Made by a program: the position numbers and the translations under genes
The notes under the pieces: generated by a model
Database searches by the model: none
What the model saw: the letters and a program-made list of their open reading frames with translations, nothing else
What the model was told of the DNA's origin: nothing
Part shown: in pieces, positions 52,882 through 64,000 of the stretch
Layout of the letters: each line of letters begins with the position of its first letter
Numbering within the stretch: the stretch's first letter is position 1
Source: Octopus vulgaris
Lineage: Eukaryota
DNA length: 64,000 nt
NCBI GenBank assembly: GCA_951406725.2
Contig: OX597816.1
Coordinates: forward strand, 5,456,001 to 5,520,000
Direction: 5' to 3'

Positions 52882-53208
52882 CATCATAGCCATGTGTTAA
52901 GAGGGATTCTTTGGAGTTTGAATAATTCACATTTGGAAGCATGGGTGGTTCGTTCAACAACCTTAAACAACTCTTATTCAGGGACCTTTTGAGCAGGATG
53001 GGCTACTCGACCAGAAGAAAACTCTAACTGGGCCCCACCTGCAAGGTCATGTGCTGTTTATCTTGATATGAGATCACCATGTCGTGAACATATGGTTGTG
53101 ATGCATGTGCCTAGTGTACCCTTATCAGACGGGTAGTCATGATGGGTATACTGGGCTTCGTATAGTTTATCTCAGTATCACTTTGATGCATGCACTGCTC
53201 TCTCACTC

Positions 53209-53250
<42 letters not shown>
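52882..53250 (+). mobile_element. Family E 5'-truncated copy with (AAT)n tail
   Basis: Reverse complement of 51151-51475. Confidence 0.85.
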
Positions 53251-53295
53251 TTAGTATTAAATCAAATTTCACAATATAAATATATAAATATATAT

Positions 53296-53575
53296 ATAAA
53301 TTAGAGAAAAAACACTATTATGCAACTCAAACAATGATAGGCATGAACCAAATCATACAGAAAAAATAAAATATATTATAAAATATATAACTAGATAACA
53401 AAAAGTACATAATAGTAAATAAACAGTATATAAGTACTTATTATATACTGTTTATTTACTATTGTGTACTTTTTGTAATCTAGTTATATATTTTATTTTT
53501 TTTTTATTTATGATTTGGTTTATGTCTATCATTGTTTAAATTACATAATAGTGGTTTTTCTCTAATTTATATATA
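53296..53575. repeat. Imperfect ~135-bp-arm palindrome between (TA)n tracts
   Basis: Centre CAGTATATAAGTACTTATTATATACTG; outer TTAGAGAAAAA/TTTTTCTCTAA. Confidence 0.88.
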
Positions 53576-53587
53576 TTATATATATAT

Positions 53588-53636
<49 letters not shown>

Positions 53637-54339
53637 CATGATTGTGTATGTATGCATGTATGTATGTATGTATGTATGTATCACGACGATTTCTTCTTTA
53701 CAAAAATATAAATATATAAATTTAGTTGTAGACAAGAAATCGTGATTTACTTTGCCAGAGAATCTTTTTTTACTGAAGCATCTGATACGTTGCTCTCAGT
53801 AGGGAAGAAAGAAGTCGTTTGATGTCCTAACTACAGGATTATTTATATTTTTGATTTCGAGCTCATATTAACAAATATGTATTTTATGATGAGTTGTATA
53901 TAACTTGACAAAACGACAACTTAGCTTATGATTTAGAATTTACTTATTCACAAATTATATACGTAAACACATAAAGAGAGACACAGCAGCGCGGACATGC
54001 ATGTAAAAATACAAACCTACACAAATGCACATTTGTATAAGCATCGATGTGAAATCCTTCAAACAGATCATTAATGTCCACATACTCGCAGACAAATTAT
54101 GCATGCGGTTGAAAGACAATCTGTGAGGCTTGCATTGGTCAGTATTCATCATTTATTTGCACCTGCAAGTTTACAACTCGAGCTGACCGCCATTCATCAA
54201 CTACAATCATATCAACCTGTGATTCATGTATAACCGGTTGTAAGAGCATTTCAAATGTACAATAACATCAGCTGACCAATAACTGTGTACGAGCTTTGCA
54301 CAGCATTCTGCAAGGATTTTACCATAATCTGAATTGACC

Positions 54340-54391
<52 letters not shown>

Positions 54392-54665
54392 TATTAGTAA
54401 TGGAATTTTTCACACCCTTATATATATATATACACACACACACATATATATATATGTATATATATAAATGTATGTATGTATATCTATATATGTACGAATG
54501 TCTGTAAGTATATATATGCAGAGAGAGAGAGATACATGCGTACGGTTGCATAAGTATACATGTGTGTATGTATCTATATATACACATATGTATCTGTATG
54601 TCAATCTATGCATTTATCCATCTATCTATCTATCTATGTGCAATATATACATATATACATACATG

Positions 54666-54735
<70 letters not shown>

Positions 54736-55017
54736 GGGATATAATGAATATCCTAGAAACAGCTATAAAACCTATTTATAAATGTTCTAAAATCTACACA
54801 GCATTCTTTATTTTATCCCATTACGAAAAAAATTATATATATATATATATAATCAAAATAAGAAACAAGGATATCCACAGGTAATATCCTTGTTGCTTAT
54901 TTTTATTCTAATCAACTTATTTTGAAATTGTGTGGATAATACCGTACTAAATTAAGTACCATATTCATCTGAATCTAAATGTTTGCTGAACCTATATATA
55001 TATATACATATACATAC

Positions 55018-55082
<65 letters not shown>

Positions 55083-55087
55083 CATAC

Positions 55088-55156
<69 letters not shown>

Positions 55157-56537
55157 TGTATGTATGTATCTATGTATGGATGAATGGATGTACATATACA
55201 TATATACATGCACACACACTCACACACGCATATATATATATAATTCTTAAAAGATTAGCACATTGCTATTTAAGCCTTTTTTTCCTATTTATTTCGACAA
55301 TCTCTATGGTATTCTTACTGTTCTTCTTTTGGGTTGTATGGTAACGTTCCAAATTCAAAAATCGTATCACTTATCTAATTCATTCCCATATTATCTAACC
55401 CAGTAAATTCCTTTCAAAGCAATGTATTCGGCATATTCTCATAGTGAAGAATACAGATTAGTCGAATTTACAACAAACATTTCTATAAACGGCAGACTGT
55501 TTTTCGTACTTTGATCATATTCTCTTCTAATGTTCAAATCCTTGCGGAGTCGATTTAACTTTTTATCCTCTCGAGGTCGATAAGATAAATACAAGTAATA
55601 TAGTTAAGTCGATATTAGCTCATCCTTTGTAAAATATTGATCTTGTGTATTAACACTAGCAATCAATACCACTCAACAATGTCGGTTTATGAGAGATGTG
55701 AAACAGTTCAACGCTCGATTGGACGCCTTCGTGTATATCATTCGATTTTTATACTCTTGTGACTTCTACACACATACGTCTCTTTCTGACTTGAGATTCT
55801 CTAGGTCTCAGCTCTCCAGTAAGAATGAAAAAAAGCAAGTACCAGTAATATTTTGTATTTGGCTAATACATTCGTATCGATTTTCTGAATAATGATTTTC
55901 TGCTTAATAACACGAAATCAATAAACACGACGGACAAATCTATGGATATATCATTTCATAGATAGAAACGAAGATATTCGCTGTTTAATATCAACTCGTG
56001 TATTTGTCGTACATATTTCATTACTGTACAGAGAAATATCTAAGGTTAATGTATTCACCATACTTTAATCAAATCTCATTAACTCCAGCACAAGTACATT
56101 TTATTTGCGAAGGGAATATGAATAAATGAAACTTCAAATACACATGCTGACAGACACACAGACACAAACACATCTTGACTCGTGCTGCATTTTATATAAA
56201 TCTATAAATATCCAGGTATATAACCTACACACGCACACACACAAACACACACAAACAAAAACATATACACACACAAAGGCATACACACACACGCACACAA
56301 AGACATATACACACATGCTGACAGACACACTAAATAAATGAAACGGAAACTAAGAGTTTGTGGAGCTATTCGAGTTTCATGCCACTGCGATCTTCAGATA
56401 AGAACTGTTACAACTCGCTATTGGTGTTTATCCATTACTCTGTGTTTGTGTGTTTGTGTGCGCGCGCGTCTGTGTGTGTGTGTGTGTGTATGTGTGTGTG
56501 CAACCTAGTGCTTGTGTTTTTTCATTCGTTGGCTTTT

Positions 56538-56571
<34 letters not shown>

Positions 56572-56762
56572 TAGTGGGTTGCGATTTTCTTCACTACTTC
56601 AGGAAGCGATGACCTTGCCTGACAAGAGTACCAAGTTCAGCTGGTCCCGGCTGACAGTACCCGGTGTGGGCCTCTATCCAGGGTTACGGAAAGGAGAGAA
56701 ATATCCGTCAAATGTAAAGAACGTAAATAATGTAAATATTTCTTCATCTCTTAAATATAGAA

Positions 56763-56825
<63 letters not shown>

Positions 56826-56902
56826 GTCATACTTACACATGCATACATACATATATGCATACATACTTATACACACATACATGCATACATACATGCATAC
56901 AT

Positions 56903-57164
56903 AATAATAAATGTTCGTCCTTCGGGTTCGAAGATGACCGCTGACATCATCTGGTGGAACTGCCGCCATGAGACCGGAGGTGGCTGGTGAGGCCAATCCG
57001 GGCAAGGAAGCCCCTCCCACAGGTGGGGCAGAAGTCGGTAGGGGCCGTGCTACTGGTGCAGGCGGCTCTGGCTTTCCGCATCTGGCGTTTCTGCTCTGCT
57101 GACCGAATCCGTCCCTCCTCAGCTGTCCCTGCTCCTGTGGTGATTGCGCTGCGCCAGGATGAGC
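56903..57164 (-). mobile_element. RTE (BovB-like) LINE 3' end
   Basis: [41 protein letters not shown], short 3' UTR and (TTA)n tail. Confidence 0.88.
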
Positions 57165-57213
57165 ATGCATACATACATACATACATACATACATACATAC
57201 ATACATACATACA

Positions 57214-57249
<36 letters not shown>

Positions 57250-57888
57250 TACGCACCAATCCCGCCAGAAACATTAGCTATGATTCCAGAAAGATAATGA
57301 CCTATGACCGGTCGGTGGTAAGAAGAAAATGTGGGGATGTGCCGAACAACTTTTGATAAACAAAGCTGTAGGGTGTGAAGTGAAAAAACACATCGTAAGG
57401 ACCTTGCAGCAATACGGCTTGAAAATAGGAAGGCACGTTCTTGTTAATGGCTGCTAAAGTAGCTACATTTGGTAAAAGTGCCTACTAGCTTAAACCCTGT
57501 TATTGAGTGGCTCACAAAGACCCTGGGTAATAATTCTTACACTTAGAACTGCGAGCTGATCGTTTCCAATGTTGTAAATATTTCAAAACGAATACTTCAA
57601 AGAGATAGTCTTTCTGTAATCCTCTTCATTTTGGCATTAAATCCATTATTATTCCTACTACAAGAATATTAATGGCTACTTGCTCGTGTCTCTAATTGTT
57701 AATGTAATCCATAATCAGCTTGAGGATGACCCCTAAGATTTATGCTAAAAATATAAATATGGCCATTAAACAGCTGGAATTGACAACATTTTCAGTTGAC
57801 ATAGTAATGGAATTTGACCAAAAGAAATAGTCGTATCTGATTTTTGAACGGGGAAAATCAGCCCCTTAATACCCAAAACTTGCACATA

Positions 57889-58053
57889 GGCGCAGGAGTG
57901 GCTATGTGGTAGGTGGCTTGTCTACCAACCACATCGTTCCGGGTTCAGTCCCACTGCGTGGCACCCTGGGCAAGTGTCTTCTGCTATAGCCTCGGGTCGA
58001 CCAAGGCCCTGAGGGTGGATTTGGTAGACAGAAACTGAAAGAAGCCCGTCATA

Positions 58054-58136
<83 letters not shown>

Positions 58137-58385
58137 ATATGCGTGTGTGTGTTTGTGTGTGTGTTTGTGTGTGTGTTTGTGTGTGTGTTTGTCCCCTAGC
58201 ATTGCTTGACAACCGATGCTGGTGTGTTTATGTCCCCGTTACTTAGCGGTTCGGCAAAAGAGACCGATAGAATAAGTACTGGGCTTACAAAATAATAAGT
58301 CCCGGGGGCGAGTTGTCGATTAAAAGGTGGTGCTCCAGCATGGCCACAGTCAAATGACTGAAAGAAGTGAAAGAGTAAAAGAGTA
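57889..58385 (+). mobile_element. SINE family A nested in the R4-like LINE
   Basis: Family A match. Confidence 0.92.
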
Positions 58386-59299
58386 TCAATGATCTCATTC
58401 TCTCTGTGTCTCTCTCTGTATCTGTCTCTCTCTCTCTCCAGTCCCACATGAATGCTACATGTACCTAGGCATGGATGAAAACGTACCATATGAAGGTACT
58501 GTGAATAACGATAGAGTAAGTACAGAACACTATGCCAGGCTAAGAAAAGTGTGACAGTCAAAACTCTCCTCTTAAAATAGGACAACATCCCACAATGCAT
58601 TTGGAGTACCAATGTAGAGTTCAACATTTGGGATACTTGATTGGTCTCTAGAAGAAATCCACTTCATAGACGTTAAAATCCGTAAGATACTAGCATCAAC
58701 TGGAAATCTCTATAGAAATAGTGATATCGACAGGCTCTACTTAACAAGAGATGGAGGACGTAGAGGTTACAGATCGGAGGAGACAGTCTTCAAATGTCGC
58801 ATAGTCTCTCTCAGACAGTACTTGCTAAATAACGGCACCAAAAATAAATACATTAACTTTGTGCTGAAAAGGGAAGAGAACAATATCTTACGTGTTGGCA
58901 GCGAGCTCCTCAGGAAATACTCTTTTCCTGATGACCTACCAAGTCATCACAAAATCATCCGGACTAGCATATCTCAAAGAAGTCCTGGAGGAGAAATACT
59001 CAGCCATAAGAAGATCATTCATAGGTATGTTGCCTGAAGACTTGAAAGTGGCATTAAATATCGACGTAAAGCGAAAATTCTCTTGGAATCATGACCGCAG
59101 TATCACATTACACTTTGAAGACTAAGCATTTGAAATTTAAAAAATTAAACAGGAGACTGCTACAAAATAACTAATGAATAAAAGAGACAGCGAAGCCTTT
59201 GGAGCTCCAAGATGCAAGCAAAAATATAGAATATTTTAGATTTCTGTGGAAGATGCTACACATATGATTAGGAACTGCGGAAAAAGGTCACCAAGATAC

Positions 59300-59509
59300 C
59301 TATTTCTTTACTACCCACAAGGGGCTAAACACAGAGAGGACAAACAAGGACAGACAAACGGGTGCGTAAATGATACTTATTTAATCGACCCCGAAAGGAC
59401 GAAAGGCAAAGTCGACCTCGGCGGAATTTGAACTCACAACGTAGCGGCAGACGAAATACGGCTACACATTTCGCCCGACGTGCTAACGTTTCTGCCAGCT
59501 CGCCGCCTT
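59300..59509 (-). mobile_element. SINE family B nested in the R4-like LINE
   Basis: Imperfect TSD TCACCAAGATACC / TCATCAAGGTACC. Confidence 0.9.
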
Positions 59510-60124
59510 CATCAAGGTACCATCTCCCTATGCGACATGACGTTGTCACGAAAAAAATATACAATGCCATTCGGGAAAAAAAAACTGTCCTGGAATAAAT
59601 ATAAAGAATCCCGCTGTTATTGAATATGTATAGAAACATCAACGCAAAAAATACTGGTGGAGCATTCCTATCAAAACACCTGGCCAGATATTGCTGTTTG
59701 GGGATAGACAAGAAAAAGTATGTACGGTCATAGATGTCATCAGTCCTTGTGGTATGAATATGTCTTTGAAAATCAATGAGAAAGAGGATAACCACGGTCA
59801 AATGCTTCGAAATCTCCAGCTTCTATATGCAGATTAAAAATTCACATTTATACCAGTTAGAATTGTTGAACTTGGTTTTGGGTGTAAATGCCTATATAAC
59901 AATCTGGGATTAGCGAGGGCTTTCAGAAAAAGAAATCAACCGATTCGCACATTAGAAATATAACCTAGAAGCAGAAAAGGTAAAATTATACAAGATAGTT
60001 TTCCAGTTTAAAATCTGACATTGTTTTTATTTACATTCCGAAGATGGAGCTTTATATCTTTGTTAGACATTCGCTCTTTGTTCAGGAGAAGCATTTAAAA
60101 AATTAAAAACATAAGAGACATATA

Positions 60125-60538
60125 GGCGCAGGAGTGGCTGTGTGGTAAGTAGCTTGCTTACCAACCACATGGTTCCGGGTTCAGTCCCACTGCGTGGCAT
60201 CTTGGGCAAGTGTTTTCTGCTATAGCCTCGGGCCAACCGAAGCCTTGTGAGTGGATTTGGTAGACGGAAACTGAAAGAAGCCCATCGTATATATATATAT
60301 GTATGTGTGTGTTTGTGTTTGTGTGTCTGTGTTTGTCCCCCTAGCATTGCTTGACAACCGATGCTGGTGTGTTTATGTCCCCGTCACTTAGCGGTTCGGC
60401 AAAAGAGGCCGATAGAATAAGTACTGGGCTTACAAAGAATAAGTCCCGGGGTCAAGTTGCTCGACTAAAGGCGGTGCTCCAGCATGGCCGCAGTCAAATG
60501 ACTGAAACAAGTAAAAGAGTATAAACGAGTAAAAGAGT
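60125..60538 (+). mobile_element. SINE family A
   Basis: Family A match. Confidence 0.92.
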
Positions 60539-60688
60539 AGACCATATATGCAGACAGTGTCCAGCCTTGCCACTCACACCCAGCTTTGTGTCATTCTACA
60601 CTTCGGATGATTAATTATAATAAAATGGATGTTTTTAGTTCTATTTTCGTGGCTGCACCATCATTACATTTATTGACACACACATTCA

Positions 60689-60740
<52 letters not shown>

Positions 60741-60840
60741 CAATTGAGGATAAAATCTTTAAAAGAAATTATCAGTAGTCAAGTGAAAAACCTCGTAAGA
60801 GAAAAAATCCGTAAATTCTTCCTCTTTGAAAATATTCATT

Positions 60841-61041
60841 TATATTATATTGAGGGTACTACTATTCGTAGATACCAACACGCTAAGAGGGACCAATGCG
60901 GTCATGTGATATGTAACTGAATTCTTTTTAAAATGATGTGTTTTGAAGTTTTGCATTCGGTAAAATTTTGTTTATTTTTAGTGGTTTTGACCGCATTGGT
61001 CCCTCTTAGCGTGTTGGTATCTACGAATAGTAGTACCCTCA

Positions 61042-61051
<10 letters not shown>
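60841..61051. repeat. Perfect 64-bp inverted repeat
   Basis: 60841-60904 is the reverse complement of 60988-61051. Confidence 0.92.
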
Positions 61052-61072
<21 letters not shown>

Positions 61073-61077
<5 letters not shown>

Positions 61078-61711
61078 AAATATTGAGTTTCTAAATCTCT
61101 CGTAGAGAGGTGTACGGTGGTGGAGCGATATAATGGTTGTATACTGTCAATCTAACAAGAACGTGACAGTAGGGGGTACACCACCGTTATATAGCCCTAG
61201 GAGGCATCGAACGCCTCCTGACAGCTTCGACACATTTTATCCTGTGTCCTTATATACACATACACCGTGTTTCAGGATCATTGTCCTTCATCGGCCTAGA
61301 GGGCTATATAACGGTGGTGTACCCCCTACTGTCACGTTCTTGTTAGATTGACAGTATACAACCATTATATCGCTCCACCACCGTACACCTCTCTACGAGA
61401 GATTTAGAAACTCAATATTTCTTATTTTGATAATCAGTGAATAGACTTCACTGACAATAGATATATACAGATACGAAGTCGAGACTGACATCGCCAGCTG
61501 ACCGGTGTCTGCTACTCTAGGCCGATGAAGGACAATGATCCTGAAACACGGTGTCCCTAGAAGCAGTTCCGGCAGTTGGGGGTGTTTGTCTCCCCTTCGT
61601 ATGTGTATATAAGGACACAGGATGTGTCGAAGCTGTCAGGAGGCGTTCGATGCCTCCTAGGGCTATATAACTATCTATCTACGTTCTTGTTAGATTGACA
61701 GTATACTATCC

Positions 61712-61715
<4 letters not shown>
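61073..61715. mobile_element. Penelope-like terminal-repeat rearrangement (inverted and direct partial copies) between (TA)n tracts
   Basis: 126-bp arms 61073-61198 / 61300-61425; the spacer is an inverted, deleted copy of 61516-61670. Confidence 0.75.
61509..61566 (+). ncRNA. Type I hammerhead ribozyme motif, U4C core variant
   Basis: CTGCT-ac-TCTAGG-CCGATGA-AGGA-caatga-TCCT-GAA-ACAC-G-GTGT-C-CCTAGA-AGCAG. Confidence 0.78.
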
Positions 61716-61782
<67 letters not shown>

Positions 61783-61784
61783 CG

Positions 61785-62005
61785 CTGTTGTTTCTGGGGA
61801 GAGTCATTTTTTTTTGTGCCTTATAATGTAACACACTCACTGGTAAAATGACCACTTTTTTCTAATTTTTATTTTCCTAAAATTTTCGGTGAGTGTGTTA
61901 CATCATAAGGCGCAAAAAGAAAATGACTCTCACCAGACACAACAGAATATGCTTCAACACACAAACTCATATAAAGAATCTTGCAAAGCAAATCCAAAAA
62001 CGAAA
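61785..62005. mobile_element. Fold-back repeat fragment, same family as 39750-40040
   Basis: Arms ~61785-61849 / 61881-61945; TA-flanked. Confidence 0.7.
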
Positions 62006-62544
62006 TATATATATATATATATAGACATTCATAACACACAGACACACACACATTTATATGTACGTATGTATATATGTACGAATGTATGTGTGTAGTTATA
62101 TATGTGTTTGAGTATGTATGTATGTATGTATGTATGCATGCATGTACGTACGTATGTATACATGTATGTTTGTGTGCATATATATATATATGTATGTACG
62201 TATGTATGTGTGTAAATATGTGTGTATGTATGTGTGTATGTATGTTTGTATGTATGTATGCATGTGTGTGTGTGTGTGTGTGCGTACGTATGTAACAATG
62301 TCTGATGAATGCGTTGTTCTTTGTCGAAATCTTTCCGTCGGAAGAAAAAAATGAAGTAACAATGTCACTATTCTTTCTCGTCTCTATTCTCCTATTTTCC
62401 CTCTTTCCTTTTTCTTTGTTTCTTTCCCCGCCCCTCACTCCCTCTCTCCCTCTGTATATATGTATATATAAATATGTATGTATGTATCTGTACTATAAAT
62501 ATATATATATATATACACCTGAATAAATATATATATATATATAT

Positions 62545-62592
<48 letters not shown>

Positions 62593-63179
62593 ATACATGT
62601 ATGTATATTTGTGTGTTTGTATGCACGTGTGAATATATATATGCGTGTGTGTGTGTGAGTGTGTGTGTGTAGGTGGTTAGCAGAGCAGATCACATTCCAA
62701 GTTTAGCTGAAGAGCCGTAAAATTTTATGATCGAAATTAAGATCAGTTTTATTCTGTTGTTTCTTTAATTTCAGACATAAAAGTTATGTCGAAGAAATCC
62801 GATTACCTAAATATTACATATATACGTTCACGTTCTCTCAAGAAATTCGCAATAACGTGTATCTGAATGGAAACCATAGACTCGCTATGATTATATCTAC
62901 TTAAAAGTTATTGACGCCGTTTTTCCCATTATTCTCCCGCAGAATAAGCGATGTGGCGGTTGTGATACTATTGTAATTTCGACTCTGATGCAGTAACTTT
63001 ATTTTACATTTTGAGTCAACAGTTGAACGCTTTCTGAAAATAACGTTCATAAGAATCAAAAGATGCATAATTCTTAGGTTAATTTAGTAATATTTCTTGA
63101 CGAATTGTAAAAGCAAAGACAAAATGACGACGGCACGCCCTTATGCTTAGGGATTAAACCAAAACGTATTTAGTTCGGA

Positions 63180-63697
63180 GAATCGCGGTTGTTACGTTCC
63201 AAAAACCACCGTGATAGGTGAAAATCCGTGAAGAAGAAACAGTACTGTAGTGTATATTTATTTTCATTTTTTTTATAATTTGTATATATTTGCGGCGGGA
63301 AAAGTGTTCATAAGCCATTTAAGAAACACACAAAATCCGTTCGATTCACTTCAAGATTTAGATTTAATTTGCCAAAATATTTTCATCGCTTTGAGACCGC
63401 GACCTGTTCACTGACAAAATTCCGTGCTGCATCTCAAAGCGACGAAAATATTTCGACAAATTAAATTTAAATGTTGAAGTGAATCTAACGGTTTTAGTGT
63501 GTTTCTTAAATGGCTTGTGAACACCTTCCACGCTGCAACTGTTTTCGTTCCAGCACACGATCTCAGATCAAGTCACTTGCTATGCAAGTACGTCTCCGTA
63601 GTTCTATATATTTATTTTATTATAAATGTAAAACAACACCACAGAGGAATAGACGTAGGCTTAAATAATAAACCGCGATATGGTAAGGGTTTATTGT
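63180..63697. mobile_element. Tigger-like MITE split by a fold-back insert (63292-63600)
   Basis: MITE halves match 36613-36833; insert has ~105-bp imperfect arms 63292-63396 / 63432-63533. Confidence 0.75.
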
Positions 63698-64000
63698 ATA
63701 TTTGTAATGCTTTTGTGTACTTCACTTATGTGAAAAGTGGTTAATTTTAAATATGTCTTGGGCGACCTCATGTCATGAAAAAGTAGGAGTTATTTACATC
63801 CAGAATCATATTAGATGTATATTGTAAGTTTTCCTTTATCTAAAGAACTTTTTTCTACGATAACAGTTTAATAATTTTCCTTCCAATACTGAATAAAATA
63901 TTTACTATACAAAGAAAATATTAAATTTCTATGAAAATATTAAATTCTATTCATGGACACAGACAGAACTGTAGTATGAAGCTTGCTTACAAACGAAAGG

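Larger units (their letters stand above)
57255..60020 (+). mobile_element. R4/Dong-like non-LTR retrotransposon fossil (RT, CCHC, restriction-like endonuclease)
   Basis: ILQRDSLSVILFILALNPL; FGILDWSLEEIHFIDVKIRKILASTGNLYRNSDIDRLYLTRDGG; VEDATHMIRNC..RY|HLPMRHDVV; YWWSIPIKT; interrupted by two SINEs. Confidence 0.85.

Noticed and set aside
56947-57164. C2H2 zinc-finger gene exon
   Set aside because: The single CxxC..H..H motif is the usual C-terminus of RTE/BovB-like LINE ORFs and is followed by a retroposon tail.

Overview
AT-rich, microsatellite- and SINE-dense animal DNA; the repeat families resemble those described from Octopus (inference). I find no intact protein-coding gene: the long ORFs in the track are translations of (TA)n/(CATA)n/(TAG)n repeats. 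The window holds: (i) two heavily decayed plus-strand coding relics (~0.6-4.1 kb, ~9.4-12.4 kb) whose surviving peptides resemble the C-terminal half of TRANK1; (ii) about 25 copies of four tRNA-derived SINE families, showing tail swapping and fixed-junction multimers; (iii) fossils of RTE, CR1/L2, R4/Dong-like and CRE-like LINEs, an internally deleted Gypsy element, a solo LTR, two non-autonomous Helitrons and Tc1/Tigger/piggyBac/hAT remnants; (iv) many mostly (TA)n-associated, fold-back, Penelope-like fragments, some carrying hammerhead ribozyme (HHR) motifs; (v) a 3.1-kb (CATA)n array with higher-order structure. The most unusual signal is a pair of sequence-unrelated inserts (6986-7051 minus, 14224-14296 plus). 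Each has all three hammerhead core strands and their helices in the same strand order, which fits none of HHR types I/II/III. All protein and family similarities are by eye and from memory, not from database searches; boundaries are approximate unless TSDs or termini are quoted.
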